From: an uncultured Gammaproteobacteria bacterium
Lineage (GTDB): Bacteria; Pseudomonadota; Gammaproteobacteria; UBA9214
Direction of reading: 5' to 3'
Assembly: GCA_963748215.1 (NCBI GenBank)
Contig: CAVVHS010000008.1
Coordinates: forward strand, 288,001-352,000
DNA: 64,000 bases
In this document: piece after piece, positions 39,552 to 50,215 of the stretch
Position numbering within the stretch: position 1 is the first letter of the stretch
How the letters are laid out: every line of letters starts with the position of its first letter
Program-made: the position numbers and the translations under genes
The notes under the pieces: generated by a model
What the model saw: only the letters and a program-made list of their open reading frames with translations
The model's database searches: none
Told to the model about the DNA's origin: nothing

Positions 39552-41945
39552 TTAACCGCGAGCACCTCCCGAATAGGTAATCAGGGAACCCTTCTCCGTA
39601 CCGCCGCCGCCACCCGTCACCTTGCTGGTCGGCACGGGGATTTTCTCGTTGCGCTTCTGCACCGGGGCCATCGCATGGTCGGGACCGGCACGCAGCGTCG
39701 GGTTGCGGCGGGTCGCGGAGACACCCTCCGTGCCGGTCATGCGGCCGTTGCGCTCCCAGTCATCGCCGGTGATCTTGAGGCCGGCATCCTGACCTTCACC
39801 GGTGATGCGCGACTTGACCCGGCCTTCAAAATCCTGGGCCTCGACGGGACGCATCTCGGCGGCCTGCACGCTGCCCTGCCCGAAACGGGCCTCCTCGGTA
39901 CCGGTGACCTTGCCGCTGGCCTTGCCGAACGGACCCGTGATCTGGCCCTGCTCGTACCGGTTGCCGGTCACACCCGTGGAACCCAGTGCGCGCTGGGCAC
40001 CACCCGAAGGGGGTGTCACGCTGAACTGTTGCCACGGCGCGTCAGTCAGCGCCTGCGGGAAATCCGGGCTGGCGGTGTCGGCGGGTGTCGCCGGGCAGGC
40101 GCCGGCAAACTGGTCGGCACCGACATAGGGCGTGCCGGAAACCGGTTCGCAGGCGCCCTTGCGGTCACCGGTCATCTTGCCACCCACACCGGGTTGCTGT
40201 CCGGTCAGGGCCGGGCCAGGCGTACTGCGCAATGCGCGGGTACGAAGCGCAGCGCTTGCCGCCTCATCCGCGGGGCAGAAGGCGCCGTATTGCTCGGCGC
40301 CGGCATACGGCGTACCGGTCACAGACTTGCAGGTGCCGGGCTCGTCACCGGTAACCTTGCTGGCGCGCCCTGTCATCGTGCCGGTAACGGCCTTGCCTTT
40401 CAGAGTCGTGGAGACCCCCACCTTGGTATCGGTCGGCTGTGGTGCGGTGTCGCAGAATGCACTGTATTGCTCGTAGCCGACATAGTCGTCACCGGTGATG
40501 TTACGGCAGCTGCCGGCCTCATCGCCGGTCATGCGTTCACGGCGGCCCACCATGGTACCGGTTACGCTGCCACCGCGCAGCGTGGCGCTGACGCCCACCT
40601 TGTGCGGCTCCTTACCGATATCCTCGGGCTGGGTGTACTGGGTACCGGTCAGTGCACGGCCCATACCGGACTCGTTGCCCGTCACCTTCTCGGACCGGCC
40701 CACAACGATACCGGTCATGACCTTGCCCTTGCGCGTCTCGCTCTGCACGACCTTGCTGGGCCCCTTGGCGAGGAACTCACCGCACCAGGACTGTGACTGC
40801 TCTGCGCTGATGTACTCGTTGCCGGTCACACGCTTGCAGGTACCCGGCTCATTGCCGGTCACATTGGTGCCGCGTCCTATCCTGTTGCCGCTCACGGGAT
40901 TGCCGTGCGAGGTCTGCGTCACGGTCACCTTGCGTGGCCTGGTGGACGGCTCGGTCTGGCAAAATTCGCGAAAGATGTCCGCGCCCAGGTACTCGGTACC
41001 GGTGATGCCGCGGCAGGTACTGGGCTCGTCACCCGTGACACTGGCGCTGCGGCCCACCATGGTGCCGGTTACGGTCTGGCCCTGTTCAGTCTGGCTGGCA
41101 CCAACCTTCCAGGGCTGGTCTTTGGCTGCCGCCGCGGCCGGCTTCGGCCGCACCCGTCCACAGGGCGCGGATTTCTTCTGCCCGGAACCGCCGCTGGTGC
41201 TGCGCAGTTCGCGCACCGATTTGGCGAGGTCGCGACTCGACAGGTTCTGATTGCCGGCACGCGCCGTTTGCGCGACCGACATGCCGTTCTTGCTGATACC
41301 GGCCTTGCCGCGCGAGGACATGGCTTCGCGCCGCGCCAGCGAGGCTGCACGACCCGCGGAAAGCTTGACCTTGAAGGACTTGATGCCGGGGCGCATCGCC
41401 TTGCCTGCCGGTTTCACCGGTGCTGCGGTCGCGACAGTGTCCTGTGCATCGGCCCTGGCCCTGTCCTTGCAGCCACAACCGCAAGCCTTGCCCGCCTCGC
41501 CCGTTGTCTGCGACACGGCGGGGGCGGACGCGCCCTTGCCACCGGCATCCGCCGAGCGGCTACGGTCCTGACTCCGGAGACCGGCCTTGCCGCCAGTCGA
41601 CATCGCCTGGCGACGCGCCATGGAGGCGGCACGCCCAGTGGTGGCCGGCGCCCTGACCGGCGCTGCGGTGCGTATCTGTGCAGGCGCTGCCGCGCGCTGC
41701 ATGTTAGCCGTAGACGGCAGTGCGGCCTTGCCGCCGCTCGACATTGCCTGGCGACGCGCAACGGAAGCGGCACGCCCGCTGCTGGCCGGTGCCGCGGCGG
41801 CCTGCGCCGGTGCGGGCCTGGCCGTCGTTCGCGTGTTACCAGTGTTACCAGCAGACGGCAGTGCAGCCTTGCCGCCGCTGCTCATGGCCCTGCGCCGGGC
41901 AAGAACCAGCTCGCGCGTGCTCTGGGTTGTCGCTGTTTGTGCCAT
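39552..41945 (-). CDS. csoS2: carboxysome assembly scaffold
   Basis: Four N-repeats (ARR.AMS..GKA), M-repeats with [VIM]TG and CxxxTG, C-terminal ITYSGGARG. Confidence 0.96.
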   Translation of the reverse strand: MAQTATTQSTRELVLARRRAMSSGGKAALPSAGNTGNTRTTARPAPAQAAAAPASSGRAASVARRQAMSSGGKAALPSTANMQRAAAPAQIRTAAPVRAPATTGRAASMARRQAMSTGGKAGLRSQDRSRSADAGGKGASAPAVSQTTGEAGKACGCGCKDRARADAQDTVATAAPVKPAGKAMRPGIKSFKVKLSAGRAASLARREAMSSRGKAGISKNGMSVAQTARAGNQNLSSRDLAKSVRELRSTSGGSGQKKSAPCGRVRPKPAAAAAKDQPWKVGASQTEQGQTVTGTMVGRSASVTGDEPSTCRGITGTEYLGADIFREFCQTEPSTRPRKVTVTQTSHGNPVSGNRIGRGTNVTGNEPGTCKRVTGNEYISAEQSQSWCGEFLAKGPSKVVQSETRKGKVMTGIVVGRSEKVTGNESGMGRALTGTQYTQPEDIGKEPHKVGVSATLRGGSVTGTMVGRRERMTGDEAGSCRNITGDDYVGYEQYSAFCDTAPQPTDTKVGVSTTLKGKAVTGTMTGRASKVTGDEPGTCKSVTGTPYAGAEQYGAFCPADEAASAALRTRALRSTPGPALTGQQPGVGGKMTGDRKGACEPVSGTPYVGADQFAGACPATPADTASPDFPQALTDAPWQQFSVTPPSGGAQRALGSTGVTGNRYEQGQITGPFGKASGKVTGTEEARFGQGSVQAAEMRPVEAQDFEGRVKSRITGEGQDAGLKITGDDWERNGRMTGTEGVSATRRNPTLRAGPDHAMAPVQKRNEKIPVPTSKVTGGGGGTEKGSLITYSGGARG

Positions 41946-42016
41946 TGTTAACCCCGTTGAATCAACATTAATCCTGTCACCGGCGCCCGCCAGTCACGGG
42001 CGCCGGAACCGATGCC

Positions 42017-42361
42017 TCAGCGGCGGCCTTCGAAGACGACGAAGGCGGCACCCTGGGTCTGGGAATAGTTGTCATACCCGGTCAGGCGGACGTGATGGTC
42101 CGGAAAGGCACGGTGACAGGCCTCGAGCTCGGACAGGACGGTGGAGATATCCTGCTCGCCGAAGAACGGCAGCTTCCACATGGTCCAGTAATGGTCGAAG
42201 GCACGACTCGGGTGCTCGTGCTCGATGGCCGGCGCCCAGCCGTTGCCGAGAATGTAGGCGATCTGTGCCTGTATCTCGTTCTGGTCCATCTTGGGCAGGA
42301 AACCGAAGGTCTCCAGCGTGTTGGTAGTTTCGAAATTACTGATATCTGTAGCAGCTGACAT
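42017..42361 (-). CDS. cbbS: RuBisCO small subunit (form IAc)
   Basis: [25 protein letters not shown]. Confidence 0.97.
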   Translation of the reverse strand: MSAATDISNFETTNTLETFGFLPKMDQNEIQAQIAYILGNGWAPAIEHEHPSRAFDHYWTMWKLPFFGEQDISTVLSELEACHRAFPDHHVRLTGYDNYSQTQGAAFVVFEGRR

Positions 42362-42416
42362 GGTTTTATCCTCTTGTAAATTTCAGGTCGAAACGGTTTG
42401 TCCGCGACTGGCGCGA

Positions 42417-43832
42417 TCAGGCCACGTCCAGCTTGTCAACAGTCTCGAACTCGAACTTGATTTCCTTCCAGGTCTCCATGGCGATGGCCAGCTCGGGGCT
42501 GGTGCGCGCGGCCTCGGTAAGGATGTCACGGGCCTCCTTCTCGATCTGGCGGCCTTCGTTGCGCGCCTTGACGCTGGCTTCCAGTGCGACGCGGTTGGCG
42601 GCGGCGCCTGCAGCGTTACCCCATGGGTGACCCTGGGTACCACCACCGAACTGCAGCATGGAGTCATCACCGAAAATCGTGACCAGCGCCGGCATGTGCC
42701 AGACGTGGATGCCACCCGATGCGACCGCGAAGACGCCCGGCAACGAGCCCCAGTCCTGATCGAAGAACACGCCGCGCGAGCGATCTTCCGGTACGAAGGA
42801 TTCGCGCAGCTGGTCCACGAAACCCAGGGTCGACTGACGGTCACCCTCGAGTTTACCGACCACCGTACCGGTGTGCAGGTGGTCACCACCGGACAGTCGC
42901 AAACACTTGGCCAGCACGCGGAAGTGGATACCGTGCTTCGGATGACGGTCGATCACGGCGTGCATGGCGCGGTGGATGTGCAGCAGCATGCCGTTTTCAC
43001 GGCACCAGTTGGCCAGGCCGGTATTGGCGGTGAAGCCGCCGGTCAGGAAGTCGTGCATCAAGATGGGCGAGCCAACCTCCTTGGCGAACTCGGCGCGCTT
43101 GTACATCTCTTCCGGGGTCGCAGCGGTAACGTTCAGGTAATGACCCTTGCGCTCGCCGGTCTCCTGCTCGGCCTTCTGGAGTGCTTCACCGACGAACTCG
43201 AAGCGGTCACGCCAGCGCATGAACGGCTGCGAATTCACGTTTTCGTCGTCCTTGGTCATATCCAGACCGCCACGGAGGCACTCATACACGGCACGGCCAT
43301 AGTTCTTGGCCGACAGGCCCAGCTTGGGCTTGATCGTCGCACCAAGCATCGGACGGCCATACTTGTTCAGACGATCGCGCTCGACCTGGATGCCGGCGGG
43401 CGGACCACCGCAGGTCTTGATGTAGGCAATCGGGAAGCGGATGTCCTCGAGACGCAGGTGCTTCAGCGCCTTGAAGCCGAACACGTTACCAACCAACGAG
43501 GTCAGCACGTTCACGACGGAACCTTCCTCGAACAGATCAATCGGGTAGGCGACGAACGCGTAGAAGGATTCGGAGTCGCCCGGCACGTCCTCGATGCGGT
43601 AGGCACGACCCTTGTAGTATTCCAGGTCGGTCAGCAGCTCGGACCACACCGTACTCCAGGTACCGGTCGAACTTTCCGCGGCCACGGCAGCGGCCACCTC
43701 CTCACGCGGCACATTCGACTGCCCCGTACACTTGAAACAGGCCAGCAGGTCAGTGTCGAGCGGCACATAGTCCGGCGTCCAGTATTTTTCGCGGTATTCC
43801 TTGACACCCGCTTTATAGGATGTTTCTGCCAT
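42417..43832 (-). CDS. cbbL: RuBisCO large subunit (form IAc)
   Basis: [33 protein letters not shown]; RBS CAGGAG before ATG 43832. Confidence 0.98.
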   Translation of the reverse strand: MAETSYKAGVKEYREKYWTPDYVPLDTDLLACFKCTGQSNVPREEVAAAVAAESSTGTWSTVWSELLTDLEYYKGRAYRIEDVPGDSESFYAFVAYPIDLFEEGSVVNVLTSLVGNVFGFKALKHLRLEDIRFPIAYIKTCGGPPAGIQVERDRLNKYGRPMLGATIKPKLGLSAKNYGRAVYECLRGGLDMTKDDENVNSQPFMRWRDRFEFVGEALQKAEQETGERKGHYLNVTAATPEEMYKRAEFAKEVGSPILMHDFLTGGFTANTGLANWCRENGMLLHIHRAMHAVIDRHPKHGIHFRVLAKCLRLSGGDHLHTGTVVGKLEGDRQSTLGFVDQLRESFVPEDRSRGVFFDQDWGSLPGVFAVASGGIHVWHMPALVTIFGDDSMLQFGGGTQGHPWGNAAGAAANRVALEASVKARNEGRQIEKEARDILTEAARTSPELAIAMETWKEIKFEFETVDKLDVA

Positions 43833-43947
43833 TGTCGTCTCCTGTTTCGTTGACTGTCTGGTGAATGATTGGATACTGTGATGAGGCCAGCCGAGAGCAT
43901 AGGATGAATGGCGCAATCTATTCCAATCGATATTTTATTGAAAATAC

Positions 43948-43963
43948 ATAGATAATAATCTAT
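43948..43963. promoter_or_regulatory. palindromic box upstream of cbbL
   Basis: ATAGATAATAATCTAT; related copies at 45444 and 35032. Confidence 0.65.
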
Positions 43964-44024
43964 GCCAAAATCCACCCGCCGACTGCCTGCCGGCCGGGTC
44001 GTAACGTTCTTCTGGCGCTACCGG

Positions 44025-44645
44025 TCACATAACCCCCTCGGCACGCCGTGCCGCCCAGAAGTTCTTGCTGTCGACCGGCTCACCGTGCATGAGGGCGCTG
44101 CGCAGCCGGCGTGTCTTCTCCACCATACGCCAGGTAGAACGGTTGTTGTTGTAGGCCGAGACCTCGCGCAGATCGACCCACAGGACCTGATGCGACTCGT
44201 CGTTGCCGGGTACAGGCAGCCGGCTGTCGATCTGGACGAGGAACCGTATGTCGATATGTTCGTGCCAGGGCCCGTGCTCGCTGACAGGAATGACGTGGAT
44301 ATCGAGGTCGAATACATCCTCGGTCAGCAGCCGCACATGTTCAGGATCGATCCCCGTCTCCTCGGCGGTCTCGCGCAGCGCCACGCGCAGAATATCGGCG
44401 TCGCCGTCGGCGTGCCCGCCGGGCTGGAACCACTGGTTCTGCTTGACGTGGTGCATGATCAGTGCCTGACTGAAATCCGGGCTGACCACCCAGGCCGAGC
44501 CGGTGACATGCGCCGGCAGGTGTTCGCGGTCGAAGACATCCGTATGGGCCACCACGAAGGCGCGCGCACGCGCCACAAAGGCCGCCTCATCCATGAAACG
44601 CGTGTCATGGCGGTTGAGCAGCCGGAGCAGTTCCTGTCGATGCAT
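44025..44645 (-). CDS. Nudix hydrolase
   Basis: HVTGSAWV, PGGHADGD...ALRETAEETGI. Confidence 0.9.
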   Translation of the reverse strand: MHRQELLRLLNRHDTRFMDEAAFVARARAFVVAHTDVFDREHLPAHVTGSAWVVSPDFSQALIMHHVKQNQWFQPGGHADGDADILRVALRETAEETGIDPEHVRLLTEDVFDLDIHVIPVSEHGPWHEHIDIRFLVQIDSRLPVPGNDESHQVLWVDLREVSAYNNNRSTWRMVEKTRRLRSALMHGEPVDSKNFWAARRAEGVM

Positions 44646-44647
44646 GG

Positions 44648-45277
44648 TCAGGTCCCGCTGGGATTCTTGACGGCCTCGATCGCCGCGGCCGCCGCCTCAT
44701 CCACATCCGCCTCACGCCCGGAAAGCGTCAGGCGACCGTATGCTCCCACGGCACGGACGTCGATCAGGGTGATACTGGCAGCCTTCTCGGCCTGATTGGC
44801 CGCATAGATGATGTAACCGGCCGGATCGGTCTCGAGGATGAACATGCTCTCGCCCGGCAGGATCATCGACCCCCCGCGGTGCTGACGGTTGATCAGCACA
44901 CAATGATCCGCGGTCATGCCGCGGATGATCTCCTGCCAGGCGATCTGGCATTGTTGCCGGTCGGACACTTTGGCACCCAGGTTGGCCAGGACGATACGAC
45001 CCGCCTCGCGCACGTCGCTCTGGTCGCGGTGATTGATGACCATGGAACCGAAGGTACGCTCGACCACCTGCTGGGTGAGGCTGACACGGGTCGTCTTGAG
45101 CGCGATGTCGGTGAACATGTGGATTGCCATGCCCGGGGAGACCTCCATCCAGAGGCAGGCATCACCGGGAACCGGCGGAAACCCCTGTGAAACCGAGGCC
45201 ATGTACTCTGCAAGCTGCGGCTGCAGTGAATCTATGTACACATAGGTTCTGAGCTTTACAGTGACTTCGCTTCGCAT
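44648..45277 (-). CDS. csoS1D: tandem BMC shell protein
   Basis: [40 protein letters not shown]. Confidence 0.92.
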   Translation of the reverse strand: MRSEVTVKLRTYVYIDSLQPQLAEYMASVSQGFPPVPGDACLWMEVSPGMAIHMFTDIALKTTRVSLTQQVVERTFGSMVINHRDQSDVREAGRIVLANLGAKVSDRQQCQIAWQEIIRGMTADHCVLINRQHRGGSMILPGESMFILETDPAGYIIYAANQAEKAASITLIDVRAVGAYGRLTLSGREADVDEAAAAAIEAVKNPSGT

Positions 45278-46232
45278 TGAATACCCTGTTCCTTGAGTCC
45301 CTATGCTCCCGGAACATGCCGCAGCATGGCCCGCGCCGAAATCCCGCGCGTTCCTGGTGGACAGGCTTACAGTGAGGTCAAAAGATCAGAAAAGGTTAGG
45401 GTAGTCGACACTTAGAAACAAGTAAATTGTTTCTTGTTTATAGATAGATAATTATCTATTGGTTGGCGCGAAGGGACCTGGTCTGGTGCAGTGATTCATG
45501 AACCTCCGGCCAGTCCATCCGGGGCGAACAATGCCAAGGCATTTAATAGGTTCGCCTGCTGTCGTACCGGGCGAGGCAAATCGCCCGGGCGCACCGGCCT
45601 GAGCGGCATTCAGCCGCAGCGATCGCGAGACGCTTACAGACCACTGCACCTGCATCCGCACTCGATCGTGGATTGCCTCGGGCTGACGGTGCGGGTGGCG
45701 GCGCTCCGTATGCCGTTGCCGGGCCGGGGCTGTGCGTATTGCATCGGACCATGCACGGTTCACCGACGACCTGCCCCTGCTGCAGGCTGTAAAAAGAGCA
45801 CGGCTTGCAGTCATTCGTCGCGCCGCCTGACGCTTGAACTCTGGTTCCTGCGCCGCAGCACAACGGCGGGCCGGCGCGGAGTGCAAATGAGACAGCTCCA
45901 CCCCGGGGCCGGGCGGGCATTGCCGCCGTGATCGGCCGGGATCCCCGTCAGCCCTGTCACCCGTATACACCGGGTGAAGGCACTGGACATCCGCTGCCGA
46001 TGCGGCTGACTGTACTCCAGGACCGTCCAGTCCTCGTCCGGACGACAACGGCATGCCGGGAGCAAATACGCCGGTACCCTGCCGCAATGCAGCCTGACAT
46101 GGATGGCTGCAATACCAGGCGACGGAACCTCACGCCACCATATCGTTCAGGGTTTTGACTGCGCGGTCGCAACTTGCTAACGTGCGCAGGTTATTTGAAC
46201 GTCGACGAGCCGCCCCTCCTTCCGAGCAACGT

Positions 46233-46550
46233 ATGTCCACGCACTGCACGACAACCGCGCACAGACTGTGGCTCCCGCTGCTCGTCGCAGTCGTGCTGTA
46301 TGTCGTCAACGACATTTCCTCGGCAGGGGACGATTCCCCGTTGTTCGGCTGCGAACCGGATGTAAAGCCTGTGTTCATGGAACCGGGCGACGACGACAGC
46401 CGGGACAAAGGTACACAGACCCACGGCAACCGACCGACCCTGCAAGGCGACCAACGGATGGCTGGTGTCGACGCTGCGTCTCCCCGCAAAGAGGCTGAAA
46501 CGCTCACCCTCAACCGCGGACCACCCGCCGGTATCCAGGCCCCGGCATGA
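46233..46550 (+). CDS. small N-terminally anchored protein with C-terminal RGPP motif
   Basis: LWLPLLVAVVLYVV hydrophobic segment, acidic linker, ...NRGPPAGIQAPA*. Confidence 0.45.
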   Translation: MSTHCTTTAHRLWLPLLVAVVLYVVNDISSAGDDSPLFGCEPDVKPVFMEPGDDDSRDKGTQTHGNRPTLQGDQRMAGVDAASPRKEAETLTLNRGPPAGIQAPA

Positions 46551-46757
46551 CCGGAACCTGCGCGGATCACCGCGCCGCAAGGGAAGACCCGAATTCCATC
46601 CTGATGCGGACAATGCACGATCCGCCCGCCACTCGACTGGGATGAGAGGACAGCACTGCCCCGACGGTTACCGGCCCAACCACATGGCTGTCGGACCATA
46701 TTGTCTCACTGATTCACCGGGCGCAACGGCGCCTGAACTGGCACGACCGGAGTAGAC

Positions 46758-48722
46758 GTGAACACAACTGCGAAGAGCATCCTCATCACGCGTCTCATCG
46801 GCGCGATTCTTTTCCTCGCCGCCGGTTTCAAGCTCAGCGGCATGGTCCCCACGCCCGAGATCGCCTGGGTATCCGGCATCCTGTTGCTGACGATCTACCT
46901 TTTTGTATTCGAAATCGTCGAGGTCGATGTCGCCGCCGTCTGCATCATGGTCTTGCTGGGCCTGATGTCGTTCGCCGGTCCACTGCTGTTCGGACTGGAT
47001 CAGCCGTTCGTGTCTACGCAGCACCTGTTCGACGGATTTGCCAGTAATGCCGTGATGTCGATCATCGCCGTAATGATCATCGGCAAGGGGCTGGACAAGA
47101 CCGGTGTCATGAGCTCGGTTGCGAGTTTCATACTCAAGCACGGCGGACGCACCGAGGGACGCATCATCCCGTTCATCTCCGGCACCGTTGCCATCATCTC
47201 CAGTTTCATGCAGAACGTCGGCGCCGCGGCACTGTTCCTGCCCGTGGTCAGCCGTATCTCGGCACGCTCCGGGCTGCCGCTGTCGCGGCTGCTGATGCCG
47301 ATGGGTTTCTGCGCCATCCTCGGCGGCACCGTGACCATGGTCGGTTCCAGTCCGCTGATCCTGCTCAACGACCTGATCCTGACTTCCAACCAGGCGCTGC
47401 CACCGGGGCAGAAGATGAGCACGTTCGGCCTGTTCAGCGTGACGCCGATCGGACTGGCGCTGGTCACCGCGGGCATTCTCTACTTCGTGCTGCTCGGCAG
47501 GCTGGTGCTGCCGGCCGGTCAGACCGAAAGCAGTACGGTCGGCTCCAACACCATGAGCTATTTCCAGGACATTTACGGCATCGACTACGCCCTGTTCGAG
47601 GTAAAGGTCCCTGCGCGCAGCCCGCTGGTAGGCAAGCTGTTCGACGATATCGAAAGCGAATCGCACATCCGCATCATCGCCACCATGCGCACCGACAAGG
47701 ACACCCGCATCGGCCCGGGCGCGCTGGCACGCGACCAGGGCATCGAGGGCGGTATGGTGCTGGGTATTCTCGCCTCGCCGGCGGATGTGCAGAACTTCGT
47801 CCAGAAATTCGAACTGCAGAGCAGCAGGAACCTGGAGACCTTCGGTGAATCGCTGGCCCCGACCAAGTCGGGTGTCGCCGAAGTCCTTATCCCCCCCGGT
47901 TCGCAGCTGATCGGCAAGAGTGCGCGCGATGTCTGGATGCGCAAGACCTACGGCATCGCCATGGTAGGCCTGCACCGCGATGGCAAGACCCTGCGCGAGG
48001 GAGATGACATCCGCAACCTGCCGCTGAAGGCCGGCGATACCCTGGTGGTGCATACCACCTGGGATGCCCTGCACCGGCTCGAGTCCAATCACGATTTCGT
48101 CGTCATCACCACCGAGTATCCGCACGAGGAGGTACGTCCCAACAAGGTCGGTCATGCGCCTGGTGTTCTTCCTGGTCGCACTGTCGCTGGTGCTGTTTTC
48201 CGACCTGCGCCTGTCGGTCTCGCTGCTGACCGGCGCACTCGGCATGGTGCTGTCCGGCGTGCTCAGCATGGACGAGGCCTACCAGGCGGTCAGCTGGAAG
48301 ACCGTGTTTCTGCTCGCCAGCCTGATCCCGCTGGGCATGGCGGTGGAGAACACCGGCACCGCCGCCTGGATCGCCGAGCAGACACTGGCACGTGCTGGGC
48401 GACGTGCCGATCTGGGTCATTGCAGTCCGCGCTGGCGGCGCTGGCCACCTTCTTCACCCTGGTGATGTCGAATGTCGGCGCCACCGTGCTGCTGGTGCCG
48501 CTGGCGGTGAACATGGCGCTGGAAGCCGGCGCCGACCCGGCGGTGTTCGCGCTGACGGTGGCCATCGCCACGTCGAATTCCTTCCTGATTCCCACCCACC
48601 AGGTCAATGCCCTGCTGATGGGGCCGGGCGGTTACCGGGTGGCGGACTTCATGCGCGCGGGCGGCATCATGACCGTGCTGTTCCTCGTCGTCATGCTGGT
48701 CATGCTGAACATCCTTTTCTGA
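46758..48722 (+). CDS. SLC13/DASS permease with TrkA-C domains (three apparent +1 frameshifts near 48158-48422)
   Basis: GFASNAV, SSFMQNVGA, TMVGSSP, MSNVGA, PTHQVN; hydrophobic C-terminal helices lie in alternate frames. Confidence 0.88.
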   Translation: MNTTAKSILITRLIGAILFLAAGFKLSGMVPTPEIAWVSGILLLTIYLFVFEIVEVDVAAVCIMVLLGLMSFAGPLLFGLDQPFVSTQHLFDGFASNAVMSIIAVMIIGKGLDKTGVMSSVASFILKHGGRTEGRIIPFISGTVAIISSFMQNVGAAALFLPVVSRISARSGLPLSRLLMPMGFCAILGGTVTMVGSSPLILLNDLILTSNQALPPGQKMSTFGLFSVTPIGLALVTAGILYFVLLGRLVLPAGQTESSTVGSNTMSYFQDIYGIDYALFEVKVPARSPLVGKLFDDIESESHIRIIATMRTDKDTRIGPGALARDQGIEGGMVLGILASPADVQNFVQKFELQSSRNLETFGESLAPTKSGVAEVLIPPGSQLIGKSARDVWMRKTYGIAMVGLHRDGKTLREGDDIRNLPLKAGDTLVVHTTWDALHRLESNHDFVVITTEYPHEEVRPNKVGHAPGVLPGRTVAGAVFRPAPVGLAADRRTRHGAVRRAQHGRGLPGGQLEDRVSARQPDPAGHGGGEHRHRRLDRRADTGTCWATCRSGSLQSALAALATFFTLVMSNVGATVLLVPLAVNMALEAGADPAVFALTVAIATSNSFLIPTHQVNALLMGPGGYRVADFMRAGGIMTVLFLVVMLVMLNILF

Positions 48723-48730
48723 GATAACAG

Positions 48731-50177
48731 ATGTATACGAACAAGAACCGTACCTTCAGTTCCGGCCGGCGCTGGCTGCCGGCCATCCTGATGCTGCTGC
48801 CAGGTGCAGTTGCCGCCAGTGCTGCCGCACAGGGTGGTATTACCTGACCTGACCTCCAGTACGGTCGGTTACCTGTCACTGGCGATATTCGCGCTTGCCT
48901 ACCTGCTGGTCACGGCAGAGGAATTCACCCACCTGCGCAAATCCAAACCGGTCATCATCGCCGCCGGCCTGATCTGGGGACTGGTGGCCTGGGCCGCCGG
49001 GCAATCCGGCCATGGTCACCTGGCCGAACAGGCCGCACGTCACAACCTGCTTGAATATGCCGAGCTGATGCTGTTCCTGCTGGTGGCGATGACCTACATC
49101 AATGCCATGGACGAGCGCAACGTCTTCGATGCGCTGCGTTCCTGGCTGGTGCACAGGGGCTTCGGCTTCCGTACGCTGTTCTGGCTGACCGGCATTCTGG
49201 CCTTCTTCATCTCGCCGGTCGCCGACAACCTGACCACGGCATTGCTGATGTGCGCGGTGGTACTGGCCGTGGGCGGTGACAATACGCGCTTCGTGACGCT
49301 GGCCTGCATCAACATCGTGGTCGGCGCCAATGCCGGCGGCGCATTCAGCCCGTTCGGCGACATCACTACCCTGATGGTCTGGCAGAAGGGCATGGTGGAT
49401 TTCTGGACCTTCTTCGCCCTGTTCGTGCCGTCGCTGGTCAACTTCGTGGTGCCCGCCGCCATCATGCATTTCGCGGTACCCCCGGGACAGCCGGAGAGTG
49501 GCGGCGAGCTGGTTTCCATGAAACCCGGCGCGAAGACGATCATGGCGCTGTTCCTGCTGACCATTATCACGGCAGTCTCGTTCCACAACTTCCTGCAACT
49601 GCCGCCGGTGATGGGCATGCTGACCGGGCTGGGCTATCTGCAGCTGTTCGGTTTCCTGCTCAGGCGCGCGGAGACGAGGATGCTGCGCTACAACGCACTT
49701 GAACGCGACCATGCCGGCAAGCTCGGCGATATCGTCCCCTTTGACGTGTTCAACAAGATCGCCCGCGCCGAATGGGACACCCTGCTGTTCTTCTATGGCG
49801 TGGTCATGTGTGTCGGCGGCCTGGGCTTCCTCGGCTATCTCGCCATGGCCTCTGATGTCATGTATACGCAATGGGGTGCAACCACCGCCAATATCAGCGT
49901 CGGCCTCCTGTCCTCCATCGTGGACAACATCCCCGTGATGTTCGCCGTACTGACCATGAACCCGGACATGTCCACCGGGCAGTGGCTGCTGGTGACCCTG
50001 ACGGCGGGCGTCGGCGGCAGCCTGCTGTCGATCGGGTCCGCGGCCGGTGTTGCACTGATGGGCCAGGCGCGTGGCAAGTACACTTTTTTCGGGCACCTGC
50101 GCTGGACGCCCGTGATTGCCCTCGGTTATGCCGCGAGCATCCAGGTACACATGTGGGTCAACGCCGCGCATTTCTGA
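48731..50177 (+). CDS. nhaD: Na+/H+ antiporter NhaD (apparent +1 frameshift near 48840)
   Basis: EEFTHLRKSKP, FLLVAMTYIN, DNLTTAL, FSPFGDITT, GSLLSIGSAAG; the ATG 48731 frame gives a signal-like N-terminus. Confidence 0.9.
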
Positions 50178-50215
50178 CCGACAGGATCAATCCTGCGATT
50201 GTGTAAGGGAACACG

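Noticed and set aside
39552-41945. csoS2 repeats as a novel repeat array, and a programmed -1 frameshift site
   Set aside because: The repeats are the known N and M peptide repeats; I did not see a CCCAAAG-type slippery heptamer in the M region (checked by eye only)
42417-43916. 499-aa N-terminally extended CbbL
   Set aside because: RBS and homology place the start at 43832
45470-46150. Possible gene divergent from csoS1D
   Set aside because: Overlapping short ORFs without motifs; may be a relic but cannot be assigned
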